Shown: one piece after another, positions 13,496 through 26,755 of the stretch
How the letters are laid out: every line of letters starts with the position of its first letter
Numbering within the stretch: position 1 is the stretch's first letter
Source: Eledone cirrhosa
Lineage: Eukaryota
Direction: 5' to 3'
Assembly (NCBI GenBank): GCA_964016885.1
Contig: OZ024755.1
Coordinates: 5,704,001 to 5,768,000 of the forward strand
DNA length: 64,000 nucleotides
Program-made: the position numbers and the translations under genes
The notes under the pieces: model-generated
Told to the model about the DNA's origin: nothing
Seen by the model: only the letters and a program-made list of their open reading frames with translations
Database searches by the model: none

Positions 13496-13975
13496 CAACG
13501 TTTCATTGGAGAATCCCAAACTTTCGCTTTTTTTTTGTTTCAATTATTGCATCTCTTTGCGATTGAAAAGTGGCCAAAATTTAATCTCCATTGATACGTG
13601 GTAAATTATGGAAGATAAGCCTCTTAAATATTGTAAACAAGTAACTTGAATCGATAACTTGTAAGGAAACATCATCTTCTAGTGGCTCAAGTAATTTGTT
13701 TGTGATGGAACTTGTGAATTGCCGGCCAAGTGTTCCGGTCAATAAATCAATTTATATTATGGCGACGGACGACTCTACTCACTTACATAGTAAAATAATA
13801 ACCGCAACAACAATAAGAACAAGATTCGAATGTCACAATCAACAAGAAATATGTTGAGCCGAGATCAACTTTCTCGCAGTAGACAGCGAACTTCTTCAGT
13901 TGAAGAAAATATCATATTGCTTCCGTCTAAACAGAACTCTGTGGACATGGACGTCTTAGAATATAACAGCTTGTC

Positions 13976-14032
<57 letters not shown>

Positions 14033-14468
14033 TCCTATTGTGTATATGAATTGTGTGTTTGTGTATATAGTCGTATTGTGTATGTGAATTGTGCGTATGT
14101 GTGTGAGTATTTATGTATATGTAAATCTTTGTACTTTGTGTGTGATATGTGTGTGTGTGTGTGTGTCTCTCTCTGTTCGTGTAACAATATATCCATAATT
14201 TGCCAATTGATAGTTGCCAATAATTTTCGAGGAATGGAAGCTGGTAAAACTATGTTAGAAATTACGACATGTGACTCATCTCATGTCCCTATTACACAGA
14301 CAATCAAAATAAGGTGACTGCCGTAATGATATAACAGACTGGATACAGCTTTATCAGACTAACACTTCATAATATCTACCTACGAAATACAACTATTACA
14401 AAGAAACAGTCGGTTATAAACGGCATATTGTTGTCCTTTCATTTTACTATGAAAGGACATTAAACAGT

Positions 14469-14546
<78 letters not shown>

Positions 14547-15369
14547 TATATATATATATATATATAATTTGGTCGCTTTGGAAGCCTCAACAATGCAGAT
14601 GGGTAAATCTCCGGGTAACAGAATCCGGTGGTGAAGAGAGAGATGTAAGACGTAGGAAAGAGCGTAAAAATAATAACACGAGATAGAGTTACCTCGGAAG
14701 AGATTTAATTGTCCCTATATTCGGATTTCGCATCCATCAACTGGGGTTTTTTCCGAGGGGGAAAGTTTTTAGTCGGAGAGGAACGGTACGTGGCCTTTGT
14801 TGTCCTGGTCGGTAGTAGGATTCCCGGTAAACCTTTTTAGTCTTTTTTCTATGGGACTTAAAATAAAAACTGAAAGACATTACATGTACCTCTTGACGAG
14901 GATGGAACCCAAGGCCACGATCTCCACCGTCTCCAGTACCTACCGCTAGGCCACTGAGACAACTACGAAAATCTTATGAAAATTCATACTTATAAACCTA
15001 CTTTCAAAATGTTCAAAACAAAATGATGGGATGTCGTTGACCAAATGTTCTGCTTAATTGTTTTATTTATTTAAAAAGAAATTTTATTTTTTCTCTTAGA
15101 CTTCAGGTATTTTTTAAAAGCTAAGCATTGGCCCACTTGCCATTGGGTAACCTGGCCAGCCCGCCACTGTATATATATATATATATATATATAATGCATT
15201 TGTGTATGTGTGTTTATTCGTGTTTCTTTTCTAAGAATGTTTAAATGAATTTCTTTAGTGACTAAATAGGTAGATGGATGTTAAGAGTTCTTACAAACGA
15301 AAAGTTGTTTGCAAATATTCACATATGTATTTTAAATCTTGCAAAGATTTAACTATCTCTCAGTCCCTA

Positions 15370-15465
<96 letters not shown>

Positions 15466-16380
15466 CCACACTATCTCTAAAGCTCCAGCAGTTTTTATAC
15501 GTGGTGTAAAACGTTTATGCAGAACTCGGCATGTGATCTTCCGCATTTCACTCTAGTGCTGTCAGTAGAGAGGAAAATGATGGCATTTGTACAGAATAAT
15601 CTTCATGGTAGTGTTGATATGTTCTGTTCGATGTGTTCGCTTGCTGCTTGTTCAGTACGTCACCGTCAGTTATGTAATACACCATTCACACCTCGTCTTT
15701 CAACAGATAATATAAACTCAACGTATCTAATTATAACGGAGGCATGACCGAATGGTTAAGGGGTTTCTCTTCAGAATTATGAGGCACCAGATTCGATCCG
15801 ATCCGATTCGATTACGTGACATCTTGGGTAGGTGACTATACTATATCTAACTATAGGTTGAACCAACATTTGTGTATGAACATTGGTTGGCATAAACTGT
15901 ATGGAAGATCGTCCGATTGATTGTGCCCGAACTTCAAAACAACTGTATGATCATCGTTGGAATCGACAGAGAATCCTTCATCTATCATATATATCTTGTT
16001 GAACTGGGTTATTTAAAGCTCAGAATCTTCGGTATTTAAATCTCACCGAACTCAGCTTTGCCTTTCATCCTTTCTCTGGAAGAAATCCACTATATTCAGA
16101 TCTGGAGAAGAATGAACTCTACCGGGGATGACATGTCCAAAACATTCCGTGTGTGAGGACGGTGCCCATACGACTTCATCAAGGGTTTTCCTGGGGTTTT
16201 CCTTTCCTTCTACAAACATTCACTCGACATTAAAAAATGCTAGATTTATTTTTACAGTGGTTGGTTGACTTGCTGAAGCCAGAAATATAATTCAGGGGTC
16301 AATTTGCCTTATTTTGTTTGTCGTCTTGTTTGTGAATACTGACTGTCTTTTCCAATAAACGTACCTCAGACGTAATTCAT

Positions 16381-16565
16381 AATAATTGTTTCTACTTTTG
16401 GCACAAGGCCAGCAATTATCCCAGTGTATTACTGGTACTTTATTTTGTCGAACCCCGTAAGGATGAAAGGCAAAGTTAACCTCGGCGGGATTTGAACTCA
16501 GACCGTAAAGGGGCGTAACTCTTTGCTGCAAAGAATGGCGTCCGGCCCTCTACCGATACTGCCAA
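16381..16565 (-). mobile_element. SINE family S1
   Basis: ggatgaaaggcaaagttaacctcggcgggatttgaactcag, reverse of the S1 consensus. Confidence 0.85.
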
Positions 16566-16998
16566 TAATATAGTCCAAAATTAAGATGATCATAATGTCT
16601 ACTGGTTTCCCTCCATTATTGATAATCAGCCGGTTACCATTCCTGCTGGGATGTACAACGTACAATAAAATAGAACACTAAAAAAAGAATATCACAAAAT
16701 ATCGCCCGCTCCAAGATTTGATCGCAAGACCTTAAAGGGGCGTAACTCTATGCTGCAAAGCATGGCGTCCTCCGCCCTTCTACCGATACTGCCGAGAAAA
16801 GTTGATCAATGTCTATTTGGTAAAACTTTAGTTGTTGAAGCTAGTATAAGCATTGTTAAGGTAAGTCAATGTGTATTATTATTTTACCAGAACAAATGTT
16901 TATATTCATCGTCAACAGACATCTACTGATTGCCACTGGAAGCGTAATTTGATAATAAAAAACCCTTAGCAGAAATCATCCTTTTCTACCCCCCCCCC

Positions 16999-17032
<34 letters not shown>

Positions 17033-17589
17033 ATTATTTAGAATTCCTCCGGTAAGTTTAATATCTACTTTAGAACATCTATTTTTTTTCTGGTTTATCT
17101 CTCTACTGTTATCTATTAATTTTCTTTATCTTTATGAAAACACTTTTCAATATAAAACTTCGGAAGAATAATAAAACTTTAAGAGTTATTAAATATGTTG
17201 TTTCAATTGTGTATGCTGGATTCTTATAAGGAAACAAACAAATCTTGTAACATTGTGGGAGAATAAAGTGATATGTTATGGTGTTCATGCCTTTTTTTTA
17301 AACATTGGTGCTGTGTAAAACAGTTTTGATAGCTACTACACCATGGAACCCCTTTCTGCCGGTATCGGTTAATGTTTATGGTATTCGACCCACGATCGTA
17401 AGGCCACGAGTTCCATTCCTTGACAGGGTCGTACGTTGCGTCCGTGACAAACACTTTTTTTTATGTTATTCCAGCCCAATCAGCTGGGAAAAAATGAATT
17501 GCGACGAAATTAGGGGCAAGCTAATTCGATCTTCGCCATCCTCTTGGGTAACATATTTGTGTGTGTGTGTGAAAGCTCACACCTCTGCA

Positions 17590-17813
17590 GGTTTATCTGG
17601 CCTCCTCCAAGGTATATCTCATTGGAGGTGTCTTGGGTGATTTAATGATAGGGACCCTAGTCCTATCATCTCATTTCTACAGCTGAGTAAACTGGAGCAA
17701 CGTGAAATAAAGAGTCTTGCTCAAGGAAACAACACATCACCCGGTCCGAGAATTGAACTCACAACCTTTCGATTGCAAGCCCAATGCTCTAACCACTAAG
17801 CCATGCGCCTTCA
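17590..17813 (-). mobile_element. CORE-type SINE family S2
   Basis: Reverse complement of 56222-56428; tRNA-like head gtgaaggcgcatggcttagtggttagagc. Confidence 0.85.
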
Positions 17814-19459
17814 CGGGTAACATATTTGGTGTAGAAAGGCGAAACTGGCGTGCATGAGCAACTGCTAGTTTTCCCCACAAAACATTTTTTACAGGCCTGC
17901 ATCTAGGAGAGAAGCATTCCAAGTGTAAACCTATGATCGCATCTCACCGAAGGTGGCTCAACATGAGATATTAATGAAATGCAAACCTATCAACTCTCCC
18001 CGTCCGACGGGGAGATCTCCCACCTACTTTGGAGTGGGTGAGAGATGTCTTCTCTCGTGAAAATGGGTATAGCTTTCATTATATAAATTTTCCCCATTTT
18101 GCTTCATTTCTCCCTGTGTTGGGAAATTCTTTTTCATGGTACTCCCTGTTTTGGTTTTTAGAGGTTGGCAGTTCTGGAAATAGCTTCCCAGTAAAGAGGC
18201 CACAATTTTGAAGCGACAGTCTACAGCTTTTTCTAACAGAATCTTATCTTATATTCCTCAGTTGCCCTTTAGTCCTACTCTGGTGCTATTCTATAGGGAT
18301 TATATGCAGCCTATGTGGTTGCAGAAGAAAATATTGGCAATGACTATAGTAGAACATTTGTAATGACTCTCTCTCTCTCTGTTCTTGGCATAACCGTTCT
18401 GAACCTCTCTTTACACAAAGAAATTGTTCAAAGCTAGCCAACATTCCTCTAACAACATTCTCGCCTTTTATAAATATGTAATATCATTGTTTTGTTTGTA
18501 AATGTTGCATGGGGTTGAGGAAACTATATAGAATAATTCTGCAAGTTTTAAAAGCATGAACGAATGCTATACAGGTTACACAGGAAGTGGTAGCAGGTTT
18601 CACGGTATTATAATTACGAATATTCTGGGTGGCGTCTTAGTTTCTTTCAATGTGGACTTTCTGAACCCAAACTGCGCCATTATTATTAACAGTAAGACAT
18701 GCAAATAACTTGCTTCTTATAGATTAGTGAACACTTGAGTCAAAGTTATCTTTTAATCTCTTTCAAACAAACAAACAAACAAACAATCAAAGAACCAAAC
18801 GAAATAAATTATAAATGGATGAGAAAGGAATCACATATAAATATTTAGTTAGTTAATGTTTTTCTTTTACGATTCAACGCCAACCAAACTCTGCAGATGG
18901 TATATATGTTTCATTCTTTCCCTCTCGCTCGCTATCCCTCTCTGCCTTTTCCTTCTTTCTAGGTGAGAATTTATCAGGTTTTCAGTAAGGCGAATTTATG
19001 TGTAATATTACCCTGACGGTATCTGTAATGAAAAACTACAAGAGAGTTCCATGAGGGATACCTACTTGCATGTCAGCTTGTAAAGAATATTAATAGCGAT
19101 ATATGAATCGCTGTTAGCTGCCGGGGAAAGATTTTACAAGTTCTCCACTTTTTAATTCTTGATTCTACTGATGCAGGCAGATAAGACAAGCTTGTGTTAG
19201 CCAGGAGGTGTACTTTATGAAATGACGTCTATACAAGCATGTAATCTTAAAACTCGTGTAGGTTTATAAACGTGAACAGTTAAGTTAAAAGAGTTAGTGA
19301 GAGGAGCCATGGTGAGATGTGATAGTTGTGGTAAACTAAACTATCTTCGGTCTGATGACCTTTCACTAGAGTCAATAAGCAATTTCCTTGTCTTCATTAA
19401 TTTATGTTATGTTGCAGTTTTCTAAGTATTTATAACGAGACCAGTAAAGAAAGAAATCT

Positions 19460-20670
19460 TATAGACAGAACTTAGTCCTATATACACACAGACAGACACA
19501 CACACATATAGACACACACACACACATATACAGACACACATATACATACACAGACAGACACATATAGACACAGACACACATATACATACACAGACAGACA
19601 CACACATATAGACACAGACACACACACATAGACACAGACACACACAGAGACAGATACAGACACACATATAGACACAGACACACACACAGACAGATACAGA
19701 CACACACATATAGACAGACACACACACATATAGACACAGACATACACATATAGACAGACACACACAGACAGATACAGACACACACATATAGACAGATACA
19801 GACACACACACATAGACACAGACAAACACACACAGATACAGACACATATACATACACACACACACACACAGACAGACATACACATATAGACACAGACAGA
19901 CATGTATACACACACACACACGCATACATACACACACAGACACATATAGACACACACACACACACATAGATACAGAGACAGATACACATATACATACATA
20001 CACACACACACAGACAGACACACAGACACACACACACAAGCAGACACACACACACAGACGCAAATAGACGCAGACAGACACACACACACATAGACAGAGA
20101 CACACACACACAGAGACAGACAGACACACACACACACACACACAGACAGACACAACACACACACAAACGCAGAGACAGACACACATACACAGACACACAT
20201 ATAGACGCAAACAGACACACAGATATACATACACACAGACAGACAAACACATGGACGCAAACAGACACACACAGGCACACACATACACATACACACACAA
20301 ATAGACGCACACACAAATACACATACACACAGACAGACACACACATGGACGCAAACAGACACACACAGGCACACACACACATACACACACAAATAGACGG
20401 ACACACAGATACACATACACACAGACAGACAAACACATGGACGCAAACAGACACACATAGGCACACACATACACATACAACATACACACACAAATAGACG
20501 GACACACAGATACACATACACACAGACAGACAAACACATGGACGCAAATAGACACACATAGGCACACACATACACATAGACACACAGGCACACACATACA
20601 CATACACACACAGATACACATACACACAGGCGCAAACAGACAGACAGACACACACACACACACACACTGA
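19460..20670. repeat. Complex (CA)/(GACA) low-complexity tract with higher-order repeats
   Basis: Directly visible; generates poly-CV ORFs. Confidence 0.9.
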
Positions 20671-20800
20671 CGCAGATTTTTCCACTTAATGTGTATTAAG
20701 CCAAAGGTAGAAGTGTTTGCGGAATACTCAGCCACTTAACAACTGGTTGAGAATTAAAACAATATTCAGTGGCTCCTCAGTCAGTTATACAATCACACCA

Positions 20801-21188
20801 GGCAGTATCGGAGAGGGTCGGACGCCATGATTTTCAGCGTAGAGTTACGGCCCTTTGCGGTCTGGGTTCAAATCCCGCCGAGGTTAACTTTGCCTTTCAT
20901 CCTTACAGGGTCGATACAATAAAGTACCAGTAATACACTGGGTTAATTGCTGGCCTCGTGCCAAAAGTAGAAACAATTATTATTACTGTTGAAGGCGGTG
21001 GATTGGCAGTATCGGTAGAGGGTCTGACACCATGCTTTGCAGCATAGAGTTAGGGCCCTTTATAGTCTGAGTTCAAATCCCGCCGAGGTTAACTTCGTCT
21101 ATCATCCTTACGGGGTAGATAAAATAAAGTACCAGTAACGTACTGAGATAATTGCTGGCCTTGTGCCAAAAAAGTAGAAACAATTATT
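20801..21188 (+). mobile_element. Tandem pair of S1 SINEs
   Basis: Two head-to-tail copies (20801-20983, 20991-21188), each with gttcaaatcccgccgaggttaac and tail gtagaaacaattat. Confidence 0.85.
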
Positions 21189-21275
21189 TATAGCAGTGAT
21201 CTATGGCCTCTACTCCTAAATCTAGGCTTGGCTGCACTTTGGGGGATTAAACAAGTATTCGGTCTTTTTGTCCAG

Positions 21276-21328
21276 GTGGCTCTTCCAACAGTGTGCTAAC
21301 AGGCAGCACCCTATTAACCCGACCAGAT
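21276..21328 (+). CDS. Candidate internal exon, unknown gene
   Basis: tctttttgtccag|...gat|gtaagt; 53 nt, open in two frames (GGSSNSVLTGSTLLTRPD or WLFQQCANRQHPINPTR). Confidence 0.4.
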
Positions 21329-21618
21329 GTAAGTCTTTATCACTGAAAATAACAGACTAAATACCGTTTAACGATTCTAATCTCGAGTAATAGAAATTCT
21401 TCGTTAGATTCTTTGATGAATAACGTTTTTTTTTTTTAGTTTTTTTTTAGTTTTTATTTTCTTTTCCTTATTTATTTTATTTTATTATTTTTATTTTCGT
21501 TCATCTTTTTTTTCCTTTACTATATATTTTACTTGTTTGATTTAATTTGTTGTTTGTTGTTTGTCTTTCTTTTTCTTCACATCTTTCTCTCTATCTTTCT
21601 ATCTTCGCTTTTTGCCAG

Positions 21619-21666
21619 GCACTGGTTTCGGGAAACAAAGCTCGAGTGTATCCCCTGCCTCATTAG
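21619..21666 (+). CDS. Candidate downstream or terminal exon, unknown gene
   Basis: Long polypyrimidine tract ending tttttgccag|; phase-0 join with the 21276-21328 exon gives ALVSGNKARVYPLPH-stop. Confidence 0.35.
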   Translation, partial: ALVSGNKARVYPLPH

Positions 21667-21839
21667 TAAAGGAACGGAACTTTCTTCACTCTCTTATCAC
21701 TGCAGTTGCTGATGATTATATAAGCAGCAACACACAACTAGATATATACACACATGTGTACACTGTACAGCCATTTATATTCATATATATATAATATATA
21801 TATATACGTCAGAACACACACGTGTACAGTGTACAGCCA

Positions 21840-21871
<32 letters not shown>

Positions 21872-22711
21872 GCTACGTAAGAACACACACATGCTCGCAC
21901 AGGAGCATACTTACATACATAGAACCAGATAACGCAAACATGGAAAGTCACACACACTTATATATATATATACATACATACATTATCATCACCTTCTAAC
22001 GTCAATATATATATATATATAGATATATATATATATATATGTGTATATATGCCTTACACATATGTACAAAATACACTACCACACACCATCATATGTCCAT
22101 TGGCACAGAGTATCATACAGTTTCATACATTAAAATAAACATACATACATGTCCACAAAAACACACACACTCTCCCTCCACACACATACAAAGACAAACA
22201 CATACACAAGCGTATATAGTCACACTTCCCCATGTATTTACACACTTTCATACACATCTACACATAATTATATATTCTCCTTATTTACATCTGTTTAATT
22301 CACTGTCATCACCACTATCATTATAACCACCACCACCGCCACCACCACACCACCGCCACCACCACACCACCGCCACCACCACTATACCTATCATCATCAG
22401 AATCATCATCAGAACCATCACGATCATCAGTGTAACCACAAACCACCTCCACCACCGACACCGCCAACGCCAACGCCACCCTCCTCTTCTCTATTATCAT
22501 TGTCGTCGGTTTCTCTGTTTTAATTCTCAAGATGAGCGTCGTCGCCATCGCCATCGCCATCGTCATCATCGTCATCATCGCCATCATCATCATCGTCATC
22601 GTCATCATCGCCATCGTCATCATCGTAGTCACCAACATCCCCCCCTCCTCCTCCTCACCTATCCCCACCCCATACTCATCGTCAGTTTTCCTCTACTTTT
22701 ATTAAGATGAT

Positions 22712-22904
22712 CATAATTGTTTCTACTTTTGGCACAAGGCCAGCAATAACCCCCAGTGCATTACTGGTACTTTATTTTATCGACCCCCCCGTAAGGATGA
22801 AAGGCAAAGTTAACCTCGGCGGGATTTGAACTCAGATCATAAAGGGGCGTAACTCTATGCTACAAAGCACGGCGTCCGACGCTTTACTGATACTGCCACT
22901 CCAC
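22712..22904 (-). mobile_element. SINE family S1 with target-site duplication
   Basis: S1 reverse; flanked by tgatcataa / tgatcatca. Confidence 0.85.
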
Positions 22905-23234
22905 TGATCATCACGTCTATTGGTTTCCCCCCCATTGTTGATAATCAGCCGGTTACCATTCCTGCTGGGATGTACAACGTACAATAGATAGATCCCTCAA
23001 AAATGTCAATACATCGCCCGCTCCAAGGTTCGATCTCAAGGCCTTATGGTCGTGATTCCAACACCTGAAATACCTACCTACCTACCTACCCAATGCGACA
23101 ACACAACCAACACTTAGCTGCTAATTGTATCCCATCAATTGAAAAGTAAGATAATCTATTTTTCGAACTTCTTAAAATTTAAATTTATTAAATTTGATCA
23201 TCACAGCAATGTTTGGTGAAGTTGGCGAGAATGG

Positions 23235-23833
23235 TGTTGACGATGATGATGATGGTGGTGGTGGTTATGGTGGTGGTAGTGGTGATGGTGGTGGTGGTGT
23301 TAGTGGTGGTGATGGTGGTGGTGGTGGTGGTGGTGGTGGTGGTGGCGGTGGTGGTGGTGGTGGTAGTGGTGGTGATGGTGGTGGTGATGGTGGTGGTGGT
23401 GGTGGTGATGGTGGTGGTGGTGGTGGTGGTGATGGTGGTGGTGGTGATGGTGGTGATGATGGTGGTGGTGGTGGTGGTGGTGGTAATGGTGGTAGTAGTA
23501 GTGGTAGTGGTAGTGGTGGCAGTGATTGTGTTAAATGATGATTATATGTTGAAGATGACGTGATGACAATCATGTTTACGATGATGATGACGTGTTGAAG
23601 ACAATGGCAATTATGACGATACGATGCGATGATGATGATGATGATGATGTGATAATGATGATGACGACAATGAAGATGATAACGATGATGGTGAAGATGA
23701 CAAGCATGCTAATGCTGACAATGATGATGATGATGACGATGACGATGATAATGATGATGATGATGATGACGATGATAATGATGATGATGACGATGACGAT
23801 GATGATGATGATGATGACGATGATAATGATGAT

Positions 23834-23874
<41 letters not shown>

Positions 23875-24050
23875 TGATGAAGATGACAAGCATGCTAATG
23901 CTGACAATGATGATGATGATGATGACGTTGACAACGATGATGATGGCGAAAGTACTGCTGTTTCTGTTGCTGCTGTTGCTGCTGCTGATAATGATGAAAA
24001 TACTGCTGCTGCTGCTGCTGCTATTGCTAATGATGATGATGATGATGATG
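23235..24050. repeat. (GGT)n, (GAT/GAC)n and (GCT)n trinucleotide tracts
   Basis: Directly visible. Confidence 0.9.
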
Positions 24051-24162
24051 TTTTATGTGGTTGTGTTTTAGCTGATGTCGGTTAGATGATAATAACAGGC
24101 AACAAGAAACTGTCTGGCGAAACCGTACAGCTCCATCTTATGATTATGGTGGAAAGGATGGG

Positions 24163-24182
24163 TGACGTCAATGGTGACGTCA
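24163..24182. promoter_or_regulatory. Tandem full CRE sites
   Basis: TGACGTCA at 24163-24170 and 24175-24182. Confidence 0.4.
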
Positions 24183-24236
24183 AGTCATTGCTTCCCAGTC
24201 TCAAGATCTTGTCAGCGTGGTATTTCGAGAAAGAAA

Positions 24237-24316
24237 ATGGCCGCTGCCCAATACGAAGAAGCATTTTCTTCTTACCTACATCTTGTGGAATTATTGACAT
24301 TAGCAATATATGCGAG
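24237..24316 (+). CDS. Candidate first coding exon, unknown gene
   Basis: aaaATGGCCGCT start downstream of two CREs; MAAAQYEEAFSSYLHLVELLTLAIYA; possible donor gag|gttaag. Confidence 0.3.
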
Positions 24317-24362
24317 GTTAAGCGATTTGGTATACATACATAATATATATATATGTATACAT

Positions 24363-24407
<45 letters not shown>

Positions 24408-24577
24408 CCACGTGGTCTGTATCGTATTTTTCAGAGCGAATGTTTTCACTTACCTTTCACCAGTTAAATCAACTCAACACTTAATATAACTGTATATAAA
24501 CATACACAAAACAAAATTAATACTTATATGAATAAATCTCCGCGCCCAAAGACGCACAGACATACTTACAAACATAC

Positions 24578-24693
<116 letters not shown>

Positions 24694-25019
24694 ATTACTG
24701 ACCACCGCAAGAATTTTAGCAAAAGCAGTAGCTCCAACATTCTGTCTACCTACAGAAACAGTCATGTACATAATATGCCTACTGTTGTTGTTGTTGTTAC
24801 AGCTCACACTTATGTAGGTTTAGCTGGCCTCCTCCAAGGTTGTATCTCAGTGGAGGTTTGGACGGGATTGGTCACCCGCTAGAATGAGCCCCATGAGCTG
24901 GAATATCTTTTTCAACATATCTCCTTTCTATCTACCGGAGTAACGCTTTTTTTTCTGTCTGTTTTTTTTTTCAATTCTGTCCGCTGGGAGGCATATGTTG
25001 TTGTTGTTGTTGAAAATTT

Positions 25020-25234
25020 AGCTGGCCTCTTCCAAGATATATCTCGCTGGAGGTGTCTTGGGTGTTTTTAATGATAGGGACCCCCAGTCCTATCATCTCA
25101 TTTCTACAACTGAGTAAACTGGAGCAACGTGAAATAAAGTGTCTTGCTCAAGGAAACAACACATCGCCCGGTCCGAGAATTGAACTCACAACCTTTCGAT
25201 TGCAAGCCAAATGCACAAAGCAATGTGCCTTCAC
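25020..25234 (-). mobile_element. CORE-type SINE family S2
   Basis: Near-identical to 17590-17813. Confidence 0.85.
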
Positions 25235-25567
25235 GCAGTGGACTACTGCCACCACGTTACTAATTACAATAGCATATCGTGAAGGCGCATGGCTTAGTGG
25301 TTAGAGCATTGGGCTTGCAATCGATAGGTTGTGAGTTCAATTCTCGGTCTATTGTAGTTAGTAACGTGGTGGCAGTAGTGGACTACTGCCACTACGTTAC
25401 TAACTACAATAGCATATCAGAAACAAAAGCATTACATCTTTACATATGTCTGATGGAAACACGTCAAAGGTTAATATGCAATCAATTTGACGTCTTTGAA
25501 AAATGTATAACAGGATTATGTAATACTTAGAAGCTCTATATCTAAAACAGTCTCTTTTCTTTATAAT

Positions 25568-25757
25568 ATTGTTTCTACTTTTGGCACAAGGCCAGCAATT
25601 ATCCCAGTACATTACTGGTACTTTATTTTATCTACCCCGTAAGGATGAAAGGCAAAGTTAACCTCGGCGGGATTTGAACTCAGACCATAAAGGGCCGTAA
25701 CTCTATGCTGCAAAGCATGGTGTCAGACCCTCTACCGATACTGCCAATCCACCGCCC
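25568..25757 (-). mobile_element. SINE family S1
   Basis: Full-length reverse copy. Confidence 0.85.
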
Positions 25758-26155
25758 TACACATACATAATAATTGTTTCTTATTATCTGATCAACCTAC
25801 GTTCCTTATATATATCTATACGCACACATTCACATATCTGTCTGTGTACATATACTGTTTGTGTTTGTCTATATTTAAACAAGACTAAATATGATTTAGT
25901 GGCACTGTGAGAACTTAATCACAATGCTATTAATTCTATTGACCGTTATAATCAATGATCTAATGAGAAACTAATCGTGTCATGGGTAGATAAGCACAGC
26001 CTGGTTTACTCTGTGTCAGTATTCATTTATTCTTTATTTAATCAGGTTTACGATGATTAGATTACGACCATGCTGGGGCACCGTCTTCAAATATCTCTCA
26101 ATCTTTTTTTGTCCCATGCCCTACATAGATTCATAAAATGATCGGATAAAATCAT

Positions 26156-26194
<39 letters not shown>

Positions 26195-26228
26195 TATAAA
26201 ATGATCGGACAAAATCATTATTTTATAT

Positions 26229-26264
<36 letters not shown>

Positions 26265-26719
26265 ATCGGACAAAATCATTAATATTATATATATATATTA
26301 GATAGAGTCTACTATTCCACGTATCGAGTACTCTGCTGAATAATGGTCTAACTTGTTTAAAACTGGTTTCATCCTGCGGCAATCGCTCTGCTTAATCAGC
26401 CCCTGATTATTACTGGAATTCTATAAGAATCCTACCTCTATAATTCTCGGCAAAGGCAACTGAGTGTGTGGTCTTGATAAACGCTCACAAGCGAGAAACA
26501 GACTGTCTATCGGCCGCTCTCTGTTGTTTTTGCCGAGAATAGGCAAGTGACAGTCACTACTTTAAAACTCATAGCGAATGGTCTTCTAAATGTTTTTAAT
26601 TAAACACAGTATATTGCCAAATATACTATCCACATGAATGGACCTGTTATTTTTATCTAAAGACATTTTTTCCAATTCCAACCCGCCCGTCCCCTCAATC
26701 TATCTTATTTCTCATTCTT

Positions 26720-26755
26720 TCTTCTGATGAAGGACTAACGTCCGAAACATTAGGA
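26720..26755 (+). ncRNA. Minimal type I hammerhead motif, family H4 (Penelope-like terminus)
   Basis: TCTT-CTGATGA-a-GGAC-taac-GTCC-GAAAC-att-AGGA; followed by an about 90-bp tail (tgtaccgattgtgttgttattt.tgtttac) also seen near 41220 and reversed near 10265. Confidence 0.6.

Noticed and set aside
14880-14960. tRNA-like segments (also about 8020, 17380-17430 and 23010-23065)
   Set aside because: Only A/B-box remnants without a full cloverleaf; more likely decayed SINE heads than tRNA genes.
18000-18420. Possible decayed L1/Tx1-like LINE remnant on minus
   Set aside because: No motif could be read with enough confidence to assign it.
19352-19385. CTGATGA motif (also about 38671, 40750 and 57963)
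   Set aside because: No GAAA-stem III-NUH in a compatible arrangement.
19422-20735. 400+ aa Cys/Val-rich ORFs
   Set aside because: All three minus frames are open over a (TG)-rich tract; simple-repeat artefact.
23194-24071. Poly-Gly, poly-Pro, poly-Met and poly-Ser ORFs
   Set aside because: Trinucleotide microsatellites open in several frames with no unique coding flank.
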